Origin: a virus
Length of the DNA: 64,000 nt
IMG/VR virus record: IMGVR_UViG_3300032770_000009
Span: 52,569-116,568 of that record
Strand: one strand, 5' to 3'
In this document: piece after piece, positions 1-9,556 of the stretch
How the letters are laid out: every line of letters starts with the position of its first letter
Numbering within the stretch: the stretch's first letter is position 1
The notes under the pieces: generated by a model
What the model saw: only the letters and a program-made list of their open reading frames with translations
The model's database searches: none
What the model was told of the DNA's origin: nothing
Program-made: the position numbers and the translations under genes

Positions 1-51
1 TTGACCTGCTCATTACAAGTGAGCTGCTCTGGCCATCTGAGCTAAGGGGGC
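1..51 (-). tRNA. tRNA-Thr(TGT), 3' part cut by window edge
   Basis: Reverse complement GCCCCCTTAGCTCAGATGGCCAGAGCA-GCTCA-CTTGTAA-TGAGC: D arm and anticodon arm with TGT. Confidence 0.85.
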
Positions 52-57
52 GTATTT

Positions 58-180
58 CTAATTGTCCTTACGGTACAAGTAAGTTGTAGTACGACAAGCA
101 GGGCATTCTTTCCTGATAACTTTGTCAGTGTACTTAAGTTCTGATATTTCTTCGCAAAGAAGACATTTGTATTTATTCAC
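58..180 (-). CDS. 40-aa zinc-ribbon microprotein
   Basis: Manual translation from GTG: MNKYKCLLCEE...KECPACRTTTYLYRKDN; two CxxC pairs; fills the gap between the two tRNAs. Confidence 0.55.
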   Translation of the reverse strand: MNKYKCLLCEEISELKYTDKVIRKECPACRTTTYLYRKDN

Positions 181-181
181 G

Positions 182-254
182 CTCTCACATCAGGACTCGA
201 ACCTGAAACCTATCGGTTAACAGCCGAACGCTCTGCCAATTGAGCTATGCGAGA
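182..254 (-). tRNA. tRNA-Asn(GTT)
   Basis: TCTCGCA acceptor, TAGCTCAATTGGCAGAGC D arm, CTGTTAA anticodon loop, CAGGTTCGAGTCCTG T arm; no encoded CCA. Confidence 0.92.
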
Positions 255-410
255 TTGATGGGGTGGGCTTTTTCCTGTATCCCTTGCAACAGTGCGGTGC
301 CCACTTGAACCATTAGGTGCCATTAGCGGTTATTGGTTTTTACTGCCATCGATTTTGATTGATTTGAGACTTAGAAAAGAGACTGTCAGGTAGTCCGCCT
401 GACAGAAAGA

Positions 411-466
411 ACACTACCAGGCCAGGGATCGCTTGTCAAATCGGACATTTCAGGACAGGTCGGACA
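411..466 (-). promoter_or_regulatory. sigma70/HrdB-type promoter with three upstream GGACA boxes, driving the tRNA cluster
   Basis: TTGACA(439-434)-N17-TAGTGT(416-411); GGACA at 443, 453, 462. Confidence 0.8.
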
Positions 467-627
467 AAGCGTAGGAAATCTCGTTGTACGCTGAATCTAT
501 GGCAATCAAAAGATCATGAAACTTACCATCAGGATCAGGCACTTCTTCTATATCATTTGTTATATCGGTTAGGGTTAATAGCAGCCCTTTAACTAAATCT
601 TGTACTTGTTTCATATATATTATACTC

Positions 628-1092
628 CTAAAAGTCGATCCATGGTGTGCCCACAGCGAAAGTAGGTATACCGAGGGACTGCCACATTCTCAGAACTTGC
701 GGTCTGTCGTCTATAGCGAACTGAATATCGTATTTCGGTTCTATATGATTACGGTAAATTTCTTCCTTCACTATGTAGTCTTTCCTGTAATCAGGCAGAC
801 CGTTAGCCAGCCAGTCAGGACGCATAAACAGCTCATTGTCGTAAGGCGTGAAAACATTCTTACCGAGCCATTCCTTTGTGTCGTCACGGCTTCTCTCCGG
901 TCTTCCTGATACAAAGACGCAGGTAACGTTATCTGGTTCTGAAGGAGACAGAATAAGACTAGTTACGACATGGATGACATGAGGATTAGGTTTGTCAAGC
1001 ATAACTTTATCGTAATCGAGATGTCCCCTGATGCCTTCGTGGTCCGCCACTGTGCCATCTATATCACATATGAATGCTTTTATTTTATTCAT
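628..1092 (-). CDS. HAD-family polynucleotide 3'-phosphatase (PNK phosphatase-like domain)
   Basis: DIDGT motif I, VSGR motif II, FMR..D, DDRPQV motif IV; adjacent to tRNAs. Confidence 0.85.
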   Translation of the reverse strand: MNKIKAFICDIDGTVADHEGIRGHLDYDKVMLDKPNPHVIHVVTSLILSPSEPDNVTCVFVSGRPERSRDDTKEWLGKNVFTPYDNELFMRPDWLANGLPDYRKDYIVKEEIYRNHIEPKYDIQFAIDDRPQVLRMWQSLGIPTFAVGTPWIDF

Positions 1093-1657
1093 TACCCTCC
1101 AAGCAACAGCCGTCGCATCCGTGAACAGATACGTCTCTTTTAATTGTCTTGTTGAATGCTACATCATCAGGGTCAGGGTGACCAACACCGTGAGGACACA
1201 GCCTTTCCATCTTCTTAGCATCTGCTCTCCAATTCTGCGGCCATGCAGTCATATGATGATCGGAAGGGTTATGAATGCAGCAGTTACGTCCCTGGCACAT
1301 TTTACTGTTATGCACTCTAAGAGTCTGGCCGCCGACAAGGGTAACATCTTCCATGTCAAGTATCTTCTCTGCTGAATCCCAGAAAGCATCCCATTCGTAC
1401 TCTTCCATAGACCTGCCGACATGCCATGTGTAGGTGGCGTTGTTAATGTCAGGAGAACAGAAGTAGCACGGGTAAGCTTCAAATGACTTTTTCCTGGATT
1501 TCATCAGTGAAGCAGCGTGCTTGTGTGCTGTCAGGAAATCAGAGTGCTTAACCTTGGTGCCGCATGTTGAATCTCTGCCGTAGTATCTTCCCGCTGCAAG
1601 GTGTACTTTTATTTCCTTATCGGTAGGATAGATTAGTTCCAGCGGAAGGTCTATCAT
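1085..1657 (-). CDS. hypothetical Cys/His-rich phage protein
   Basis: AYPCYFC...WHVG segment plus CCIHNPSDHHM...RLCPHGVGHPDPD C-terminal domain; overlaps next gene. Confidence 0.7.
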   Translation of the reverse strand: MIDLPLELIYPTDKEIKVHLAAGRYYGRDSTCGTKVKHSDFLTAHKHAASLMKSRKKSFEAYPCYFCSPDINNATYTWHVGRSMEEYEWDAFWDSAEKILDMEDVTLVGGQTLRVHNSKMCQGRNCCIHNPSDHHMTAWPQNWRADAKKMERLCPHGVGHPDPDDVAFNKTIKRDVSVHGCDGCCLEGNE

Positions 1658-1810
1658 CTCTTCCTAATATCGTATGTGCGTCCGGTTACTTTGCGGTTTG
1701 ACATTGACTCGTTAAGCATAACAGCACGTCTAGATGCTGATGACTTGAACAGGAAACGGTGAGCGTTATATGCTAGCTCCTCTGTTTCCTTGATGTAAAT
1801 TTCCCATTTC

Positions 1811-2074
1811 TTAAGCACTTATAACCTCAAACTGCTGTGTGTGAGCCGCTACTGATGTTCTTACAGATTTCTTAGCCTTGGCGATTAGGTGCTTCGGCGG
1901 AGTTGTCCGTGTAGCAGTAACAGGGGTAGGCTCATTGCTTACCTGGTTCCAGGTAGTCATCTCTACTTTGTCGAAATGTTTCGGGTGTACCATGTCATGA
2001 CCTTCATCAAGGTCGCACACAAGTATAACTTTTCCTGTCACAGCACTTCTCTTGTTTGACTTGCAACGAGCCAT
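1811..2074 (-). CDS. hypothetical protein
   Basis: GGGAG RBS; in tandem with neighbours. Confidence 0.6.
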   Translation of the reverse strand: MARCKSNKRSAVTGKVILVCDLDEGHDMVHPKHFDKVEMTTWNQVSNEPTPVTATRTTPPKHLIAKAKKSVRTSVAAHTQQFEVISA

Positions 2075-2082
2075 GATTCTCC

Positions 2083-2397
2083 CTACCTGTTGAAGATTAT
2101 GTTAGCCGCGTATACCAGTGACATTCCGTATGTCATCAGAATTGAGTCTAGCCGGTCTGGTGCTTCTTTGTCTGACGTGATTTCCCTTCCAACTTCAGCC
2201 AGTAGCCTGCCTGCCGTGTACAGTGCGGTTGCGGCGCTGTTCTTGTCTAGTTCGTCACCCAAGGCTGTTGCGAAAGAAGAACCTCCCGTGCGTACTAATG
2301 ACATATCCGTACTATTAGTATTACTGTCTACTATTGCAGCTAATTCCTTAGAAGCGTTTACTGCTTCTTCTAGACTACAAGTATCTTCACTACTCAA
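2083..2397 (-). CDS. hypothetical protein
   Basis: AGGAGG RBS upstream; first gene after the leftward promoter. Confidence 0.65.
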   Translation of the reverse strand: MSSEDTCSLEEAVNASKELAAIVDSNTNSTDMSLVRTGGSSFATALGDELDKNSAATALYTAGRLLAEVGREITSDKEAPDRLDSILMTYGMSLVYAANIIFNR

Positions 2398-2477
2398 TAT
2401 ATCCTCCTATATTACGACTGTATGTGTATGACCAGTGGTGACCACTGGTACCATGTCTCTGTGCTATGTGTGGTATG

Positions 2478-2584
2478 AGGCTACCACAGACATCGGCATT
2501 TGTCAAATCGGACATTTCGGGACATACGCGCATATAAAGGTGCGAAAATCTGGACTTGACAAGACGGCCGGTCCATGATAGTCT
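2478..2584. promoter_or_regulatory. divergent promoter pair with GGACA boxes
   Basis: Leftward TTGACA(2506-2501)-N17-TAGCCT; rightward TTGACA(2556)-N17-TAGTCT(2579); GGACA at 2510 and 2520; matches the strand switch. Confidence 0.82.
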
Positions 2585-2627
2585 GATGACATGATCGTAC
2601 ACGTGGACACATGGAGGGAATCGACAC

Positions 2628-3068
2628 ATGGAATTTGAGAACGGAACAAGGGTATCGTTCGAAGTAACAGGAACAGTCATCAGTGACGAGTCGTTCCTAG
2701 ACAAGATGGAAGAAATCTACGGGCCTGTAGCTAAGAGTATGGACATAACGATGTCAGGACGTGACTTCACCAACATACTTCTTGACAACGGAGTTGTTAC
2801 CCGGATTGATACAACAGAAGACGAACTGGGTATAGCAGTTAGCAGGGTAAAGCCTCGCTACTGGCCTCCTAAGAGAGATGATGTATGGAGAGACGACCAT
2901 GACGGATCTTGGTATGTAACCGAAATGGATTTCGGTAACCGTAAGGGAACACGTATGAAGCAGTTTACAGGAGACGGAGAAGTTGTCCGCAGTTCTGTTG
3001 TTTTCTTGCAGGAAAACGTGCACCCTTACCTGCTTATAAGAGACGGAGAGTACCTAGGTGTTAGTTAA
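2628..3068 (+). CDS. hypothetical protein, WPP..GDVW paralog family
   Basis: GGAGGG RBS; YWPPKRDDVWRD...LLIRDG motif shared with 5247-5738 and 7595-7990. Confidence 0.75.
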   Translation: MEFENGTRVSFEVTGTVISDESFLDKMEEIYGPVAKSMDITMSGRDFTNILLDNGVVTRIDTTEDELGIAVSRVKPRYWPPKRDDVWRDDHDGSWYVTEMDFGNRKGTRMKQFTGDGEVVRSSVVFLQENVHPYLLIRDGEYLGVS

Positions 3069-3309
3069 AGGCAAGCCGCTTAAGCTTACATATGCTGGAT
3101 CTGTAATATCTGTCAACTCCGACAGAAAAGCAACAATAGCCAATATAACCGTTATGCTGAACGGAACTTACTACGTGGCTACCGGAAGTAGCTGGAGAGA
3201 CAGTGGAGACCCTTACGACAAGACTAAGGGAGATCTTATCGCATTCAGCCGGGCTGTTGAAGAACTAAGAGACGTTCTGAAAGAAGAAGTAAGGAAACTA
3301 GGAGACTAA
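3058..3309 (+). CDS. DUF1876-like small phage protein
   Basis: ATGSSWRDSGDPYDKTKGDLIAFSRA resembles the G.A.R.P.D.....IG..LA..RA signature. Confidence 0.5.
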   Translation: MLVKGKPLKLTYAGSVISVNSDRKATIANITVMLNGTYYVATGSSWRDSGDPYDKTKGDLIAFSRAVEELRDVLKEEVRKLGD

Positions 3310-4635
3310 TGGAGACATTCAACTTCACCAAAGCCGGTTACGCATATCACTTAGGGAATTTCCAGTTCTACTGGATTTCCAAGGACACCTACTATGAAGT
3401 AACACATTACGGCAGGACTGGAATTATATGTCAGGTGCATCCGTACAAAGGAGAAGAAGGCACTCTAGGGCAAGACAGTAAAATGTTCACCGTAATAGCT
3501 CACGACTATCCCGGTGTAGGAAAACTTGAGCAGATGGTGAAAGGCGCGGATCTTCTGGAATACATAGATTCAATTCGCATGGGAAGAGGAATGTAAAATG
3601 GCAATGGCGGCTCTAATTGCGGCGAACGTGGTAAATCAGTCGGCGGCAACTACAGCCGCTAAAGTCAGATCAAGATACGCTAAGTTCGATACTAGTCTTC
3701 TGTACACTGTTAACGACGATTACTCCACCCACCCGTATCCTACTAACGAGGAACTGGGGATACAAGATGTTACTCGTACTACTCTAGGTCAGCCGGTACT
3801 TAAGGAGGACAAGGATGTCTACGGTCTTCCTAAAGCTGAGACAAGGTGGGAAGTATTCAAGAAGATGTGGATTCCCAACTTCAAGTACAAGGGCAGGAGA
3901 CGTAAATGATAGAAATATCAGAAGGTCTAGTCAAGGTAAATTACGTAGAAGCATTACACGAAACAGACGAGTTTGTTGTCTACATGGTCAATACTGCTAC
4001 TAAGAGACCTGAAGTCATAAGCTGGAATAGCTCTATTGTTACCCTTCTTCCTGCTGACAAAGACTGGGGCATGATTCGTCCCATGGACTACACGGTTATC
4101 CGGTTTCCTGAGAAATTTGGATATACATCAGTGTACCAAGAGGAGCGGTACTGCGTGTTCTTCATACAGTTCAAGACAGAGCACGGTACGATAGTATGGG
4201 AGAAGGATGACACAGGTAGTTAACAGCATAGGATACGGAGACGGCTTCCAGTACAATTTATCATCTCCGGTGGTAGTGAACACCGGAGATACTATGCTGG
4301 TAAACGGCACTCCGTTGACATATGACGGACGTGGATGGAATTACGGTTATAACACGATTTCATCAGGATCAGCAAACGGAACATGGAATGAGGAAAATAT
4401 GAATAACGTGGCAAATGTTTACGACAACCTTATCTTTACAAGAAACTGGTGCTACGAGCCGTGGTCGGTTACCAATATCAAGACCGGCAAGGAAGTAGGT
4501 AAGGTCTACGAGGTTAAGAGAGGTAGTCACGTAGGACTGAACAACAACAGCAGTTTTTACAGTGTCCTGGCTGACGGAAAGATCACTTACCCTCTTCTTA
4601 GCTGGAATGCGCTTCTGGAGAAGCTTGGGGGATAA
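3309..4635 (+). CDS. four coupled hypothetical genes (3309-3596, 3598-3909, 3906-4223, 4207-4635)
   Basis: Abutting or overlapping start/stop codons on the same strand. Confidence 0.65.
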
Positions 4636-4701
4636 GAATGCCATTCTGGCACGAATGGTAGTAAAATGATAGTAGTCACAACTACTATCACAGGAGCTTT
4701 A

Positions 4702-4905
4702 ATGGCAACTATGTACTCACCAAGGCATTCAGCTAACTCAATGCCAAGGGTGCAGCCCTTTGCCGGGAACAACACCAGGAACTTACAGCCACAGCAGTTT
4801 GGTACCGGAACAAGGTCAAGCGGTAATGTCAATACAGGATTCAATCCACTGACATATCAGGGCGGTGCTCACAGAGCAGGATCAGGCGGCATATTCAACA
4901 TGTAA
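4702..4905 (+). CDS. small Gly/Asn/Gln-rich protein with NLQPQQF motif
   Basis: AGGAG RBS before ATG 4702; followed by a terminator. Confidence 0.6.
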   Translation: MATMYSPRHSANSMPRVQPFAGNNTRNLQPQQFGTGTRSSGNVNTGFNPLTYQGGAHRAGSGGIFNM

Positions 4906-4906
4906 A

Positions 4907-4937
4907 TGAAAGGGACTTCGGTCCCTTTCAGTATTTT
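4907..4937 (+). terminator. intrinsic terminator
   Basis: TGAAAGGGAC-TTCG-GTCCCTTTCA followed by a T-rich tail. Confidence 0.75.
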
Positions 4938-4946
4938 AGGAGGAAA

Positions 4947-5099
4947 GTGGGACTTTACTGCATAGAGAAATGCCCTAAGTGCAGAAAGAACGTGTGTAAG
5001 TTCACCAGTAATCATGGTCACAACCTAAGTAAATGGCAACACGAATGCAAGGGCTGCGGAGGAAAATGGGATGTCTCGTTTGTTCCGGGGAAAGACTAG
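4947..5099 (+). CDS. Cys/His-rich microprotein (50 aa)
   Basis: AGGAGG RBS, GTG; CIEKCPKCRKNVC...H...HECKGCGGKW. Confidence 0.7.
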   Translation: MGLYCIEKCPKCRKNVCKFTSNHGHNLSKWQHECKGCGGKWDVSFVPGKD

Positions 5100-5430
5100 A
5101 GTAAAACTTTCAGTAGTAGAAGATCACTGGCCGGAAATTCGTATAGTAGAAGATATACCTGTAGAAGGTATTACGCCGCAGGCTCTTATAATCCGCGTAG
5201 GGAGTGTCTTCACTTACGATTCAGATCCGAAGGCAAGAACAGGAATATGGGTAAATTACGATTCTGGCGACGGAGACAATCTCTACGGGCCGGTACTGAT
5301 GGATTACGAAAGCTGGAAAAAAGTAAACAAGCACGTAAAGAAGCGATGGAGGGACAGAACATGGCCAATCTACATCTGGTTCGACAAGATGACGGCGAAA
5401 TTGTCCGCGTTGGACATACAGTTGAGATAA
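5071..5430 (+). CDS. hypothetical protein
   Basis: GGAGG RBS; 119 aa. Confidence 0.6.
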   Translation: MSRLFRGKTRVKLSVVEDHWPEIRIVEDIPVEGITPQALIIRVGSVFTYDSDPKARTGIWVNYDSGDGDNLYGPVLMDYESWKKVNKHVKKRWRDRTWPIYIWFDKMTAKLSALDIQLR

Positions 5431-5738
5431 GCAAAGTCATAGAAATTACAGATATACTCAGCACCAATTCTTACAAAGGTAGTGCCTTTGTAAAAGGCGA
5501 TGACGGAAAGCGCTATCTAGTAGGAACAGAATGGGACTTCAAGTTCGCTACTCCTAAGACATGGCCTCCGAGACCTGGGGATGTATGGAAGACCAACGAT
5601 GTTAAATACGCCGCTATAGCACGCGGTGACATTATAGTGCTAGAACCAATGACAACCAATGACAGGAATGTCGTACTTCCTTCAGATTTCGGTTCGTTCC
5701 TCGCGCAGAACCCAATACTAGTCTACCGCGAAAGGTAA
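5247..5738 (+). CDS. hypothetical protein, WPP..GDVW paralog family (true start probably downstream, e.g. ATG 5361)
   Basis: TWPPRPGDVWKT...NPILVYR motif. Confidence 0.65.
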   Translation: MGKLRFWRRRQSLRAGTDGLRKLEKSKQARKEAMEGQNMANLHLVRQDDGEIVRVGHTVEISKVIEITDILSTNSYKGSAFVKGDDGKRYLVGTEWDFKFATPKTWPPRPGDVWKTNDVKYAAIARGDIIVLEPMTTNDRNVVLPSDFGSFLAQNPILVYRER

Positions 5739-5891
5739 GCTATGGACATCATAAAAGGAAGTAATGTAAAAGTTACCCTTAAAGGTATCGTGACGGAAGT
5801 AGTTCAGGGAGGATTTTGGATCAAGCACCCAGATAGTCCTAACTCAAGTTTCATCTACACGGGTCATGGGGTCACTGTAGAAGACATGCCC

Positions 5892-5995
5892 CTAGAAAGC
5901 CCAGAGAGCCAATCTGGGAGGGTTTATAAGCTAGACGAGTCCGGGGCAGCAGTTAGGGCTTAAAGTCGATCAGCGTGGCTGTACGGGCCTTACAG
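5892..5995. repeat. dispersed ~105-bp element, copy 1
   Basis: CAGAGAGCCAATCT ... AGCGTGGCTGTACGGGCCTTACAG; same ends and spacing as 23318-23422. Confidence 0.6.
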
Positions 5996-6255
5996 GAGGT
6001 ACTATGAACAAGGAAGAGATCGTAGATGAGATACATAAAAAATTTTATTCCGAAACTAGCCTTGAGCCGCTTCGCCAGGCATATGATTTCGGTTACGAAG
6101 AAGGCTACCGTGACGGCTTCAAAGATGGTCAGTACGAAGCGGATCACGGATACCGGGAATGAAATAGACCAGGTGTGGTCGGACGCTGAGATAGGATACT
6201 ATCTAAGGCAGATAGCTGACAAGATAGACCCTAATCCTCAGTTCAAGGAGATTTA

Positions 6256-7210
6256 ATGAAATGCGGTTTCAAATGCCCCTCATGCGGTGGAAATTGCAGT
6301 AAGGACTCGGTATCCGGTCTGCACTACTGTAAAACTCACGGCTTGTGGCCTAAGATGAAGTAGGCGGCAAATGCGAGCTAATCTTATAAAACTTATGATA
6401 CCGAAACAGTGCCCGGAAGAATGCGGCACATGTCATCATCAGTGCATACAAGACAAAGGTCATAATGTAAAAAAGAAAAAACATATATGCTTCTACGGCC
6501 ATGAGTGGCAGTAATGGAAAAATTCTGCATGATGCCGTGTCCTTACTGTGATAGCTGCTGTCAGTTGCTGTGGCTGCACATACCAATGGTTGTAGAGCAT
6601 GTATGCGCTAGAAGGCACAGGTACACAAACGATGACGTGCTCAAGCCAGTGTGAAAAATGCGAAGGTATATGCACTCAGCTCAGCAAACATGAAATGCAC
6701 AAGTGCCCTGTAGGACACAAATGGAAAAACGAATGGTGGGAAGAATAATTTCCAAGATAGAGGACTAAATTTGCGTAGGTCCATACTGAAAACGCCGTGC
6801 TCTAAATGCGGATGCTGGCATGACATAAGAGGCGCAAGACCTCACTGTGAAAATTGCAACTGCAATCATGTAGGAGCGGGCAGCCGTGTAAACGGTAAAT
6901 GCCCGTGCTGCGGATACTGATGCCAAGGCTTAAACTACCGCCTGGAATACCCGACCAGTGCGAAGAAACAAACAGATGCCCTGTATGCGGCGATGACTGT
7001 ATAGAATACAAAGGGCACAGACCGAAAATAAAACATCTGTGCATTAAATGGCATGAATGGGAGTAGAAAATGGCAAGAAAACCGTGTCCTGAAAAATGCC
7101 CTGTATGCGGAGGACAATGCCGGTGGACAGCGGGACATGTGATACTGGACAACACATGGCACCAGTGCTATGTCAACGTTACGCATCCATGGCCTAAAAC
7201 AGAAGACTAA
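6256..7210 (+). CDS. seven coupled Cys/His-rich microproteins (6256-6363, 6371-6514, 6514-6654, 6632-6748, 6771-6920, 6920-7066, 7070-7210)
   Basis: Manual translation; 35-49 aa each, several TAATG/TGATG couplings; most share C-x3-C-x2-C-x3-C...H-x-C-x2-5-H-x-W. Confidence 0.75.
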
Positions 7211-7228
7211 ATAAGAAGGGAGGATGAA

Positions 7229-7417
7229 ATGAGAAAATACGTGATGCTTTACCTGTTCGGGGTTGTCATGTTCTACGTGTTGCAGTCAGTAAGCCCCGCA
7301 CTTGGTTTCATGACTATGGCTGCTTCATTTAGTCTTCCCTTCCTTAAATACTCACTGCGGGCAGCCAGAATAGAAGACGAAAGATGCAGGAGTGAAAATC
7401 TCAGGGGAATACGCTGA
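7229..7417 (+). CDS. small membrane protein
   Basis: GGGAGG RBS; hydrophobic N-terminal 40 aa. Confidence 0.6.
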   Translation: MRKYVMLYLFGVVMFYVLQSVSPALGFMTMAASFSLPFLKYSLRAARIEDERCRSENLRGIR

Positions 7418-7581
7418 TGGTTGACTGCAACTACAAGTGGACTAATACTGACCCCAACGCAGAAAGAGGACCCGACGGCAAGAAACTGCACCCTTTTCAC
7501 ATATGCACTAACTTGGCTCACGCTTTGGGAACGCACAAATGCAAATGCGGTGTAATCAAAGTTAAAGACAAAAGAAATTGA
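7417..7581 (+). CDS. Cys/His-rich microprotein (54 aa)
   Basis: TGATG coupling; HICTNLAHALGTHKCKCG. Confidence 0.6.
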   Translation: MVDCNYKWTNTDPNAERGPDGKKLHPFHICTNLAHALGTHKCKCGVIKVKDKRN

Positions 7582-7594
7582 AAAAGGAGGAGAC

Positions 7595-7990
7595 ATGGAT
7601 TATTTCCACAAAGGCGATCTTGTTACGGTCACTATCAGGAACTTTAAGGTTATGGAAGACGACAGTCTGAGAGGTGTTCACGACGGCATAGCATATTCAA
7701 CAAGAGCAGGAAGAATATCTGACGAAATTTTCCTGTCACAGTACAGCGGAGAAATCTCAGCTGTCAAGGAAACACGTGCCAGCGATTTCCGTCCGAAGGT
7801 AGGAGATATCTATAAGGCAGACGGCAAGATCTGGTATGTCAGGAAATACAACGGTTACAGCGGCACAGTAGTAATCGAAGACGGAGAAGGAAACTCTTAC
7901 TCTGACGACAAGTACAACTTGAGCAACGAACTGGAAAGTTTCGGAAGGAAAATGCCCAGGCTACTGGTAAGAGACGGCAAGGAGGTTTAA
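7595..7990 (+). CDS. hypothetical protein, WPP..GDVW paralog family
   Basis: AGGAGG RBS; FRPKVGDIYK...WYV...PRLLVRDG. Confidence 0.75.
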   Translation: MDYFHKGDLVTVTIRNFKVMEDDSLRGVHDGIAYSTRAGRISDEIFLSQYSGEISAVKETRASDFRPKVGDIYKADGKIWYVRKYNGYSGTVVIEDGEGNSYSDDKYNLSNELESFGRKMPRLLVRDGKEV

Positions 7991-8861
7991 TGAGCAGTCA
8001 CAGATGCCAGGAAAAATGCTGCAAATGCGATTATCAGTGCTGTCTTCTGAAAGACCACGCAGGGTACGAGTTCATAAAGAAGCACTATTGCTCAGTGCAT
8101 TTCTACATGGTAGATCCAAGACCGTCTGAGTAAAAGGAAACATGTCGAAACTAAGCAGAGAACAGCAGGCATCAAAAAACGGGGGATGGTATTCCTGCAC
8201 TTCCAAATGCCCTAAATGCGGCAGGGAATGCAGCACGTTCACAGGAAGAACTCCCTCCGCTGAACATGAAAAGCACATGTACTCCTCTATGCCAGCGCAC
8301 TCTAAAATAAGAGGCGGCGACAATCACAAGTGCACTAGCTGCTGGGTGTACTGGGCATAGTCTAGCAAAGGAAAAATACAATGGGTATGAGAAAAAACAA
8401 CAACGGCCGGTGCCCTTCACGATGTGACAGAGGGAAACTTACCGACAGATGCACAAACCAGTGCAATCTACAGATCAACCATCACCGTGATTTCTATTAC
8501 GATGACGATGATAACAAGATTCCGCAGACACCAAAGAAAATGCACGACTGCGGCAAGCACTAATGGCTAATATTGACCCAGACTGCACTTATCAGCAGTG
8601 CGGGCACAGAAGAGGCAGCACTACAGGACCGCACTGTATTGACGAAAAATGCCCCAACTGGGTTAACAAATGCGAGAAACACCGTACAGACGGCAAGAAT
8701 GGAAGTACAATGCCATGGAGATCAAGGAAGCCTGACAAGTGAGTAACGTATGCGGGATACAGTGCCCTTACTGCGAAGGGCACTGTAAAATTAAACACAA
8801 ATACAAGCCGCAGCATCATATATGTGATACGAATGATTTCCATACATGGACAACTAGTTAG
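7990..8861 (+). CDS. five Cys/His-rich microproteins (7990-8133, 8142-8360, 8381-8563, 8563-8742, 8739-8861)
   Basis: e.g. CQEKCCKCDYQC..H..HYC..H, CTSKCPKCGREC..HKC, CGIQCPYCEGHC..HIC...HTW; coupled starts. Confidence 0.72.
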
Positions 8862-8869
8862 GAGCAGCA

Positions 8870-9400
8870 GTGACTGACGTGGTACTTTGCGAAAACAAAT
8901 GGGTTTCGCTTATAGAAAGAACACTAGACGGACATGACCCTTACGTGTACTCCCATGAAACCAGATGCCAGGGAAGAATAGTCGCGCTGCTTCCTTACAG
9001 GGTTAAAGTTGTCAAAGGCATCTGGGAAAACACAGAATACAGGGAATATCTAGTTAAAAGCGAGATGACCCCGTGCTGGACCCCGGAAAGGATATACAGT
9101 GCTATCACAGGAGGATACGAAGGCGGTGACATAGCCGATGACGCTGTTAAGGAAATGCTAGAAGAAACCGGCTATGTTATAGACAAAGACGAACTAATAA
9201 GTCTGGGGACAAGTTACGCCAGCAAAAGCTCTGACACCGTATACAGCCTGTTTACCGTAGATCTTACCGACAAGCAACCGGGAGATGCTAACGGAGACGG
9301 AACCGAAGAAACACAGCAGTCAGTATGGATCAGCGGCGAGGAAATAAAAATGATACAAGACCCGCAAGTATCCGTTATGTACATCCGGTTGCAGCACTGA
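8870..9400 (+). CDS. Nudix hydrolase
   Basis: Nudix box GGYEGGDIADDAVKEMLEETGY. Confidence 0.88.
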   Translation: MTDVVLCENKWVSLIERTLDGHDPYVYSHETRCQGRIVALLPYRVKVVKGIWENTEYREYLVKSEMTPCWTPERIYSAITGGYEGGDIADDAVKEMLEETGYVIDKDELISLGTSYASKSSDTVYSLFTVDLTDKQPGDANGDGTEETQQSVWISGEEIKMIQDPQVSVMYIRLQH

Positions 9401-9415
9401 AATAAAGGAGGAACA

Positions 9416-9547
9416 ATGGGACTTATAATGTGCGATGCGAAATGCCCGTCATGCGGAGACAAATGCCAGTGGACAAAATCATGGCACGCCAGATATCCGG
9501 GTGACGGTCATGTATGCAAGAGATACAAGCATTTGTGGCCGAGATAG
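9416..9547 (+). CDS. Cys/His-rich microprotein (43 aa)
   Basis: AAGGAGG RBS; CDAKCPSCGDKC..WH...HVCKRYKHLWP. Confidence 0.75.
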   Translation: MGLIMCDAKCPSCGDKCQWTKSWHARYPGDGHVCKRYKHLWPR

Positions 9548-9556
9548 GAAAATCAG

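Noticed and set aside
258-305. GTGGGC/GCCCAC stem ending in CCA upstream of tRNA-Asn
   Set aside because: It has no T arm or D arm, so the support is too weak to call a tRNA.
2390-2704. Minus-strand 104-aa ORF, plus many antisense ORFs in the track (e.g. 6350-7186 minus, 19006-19644 plus, 11028-11261 plus)
   Set aside because: They overlap promoters or better-supported genes on the other strand and lack RBSs or motifs.
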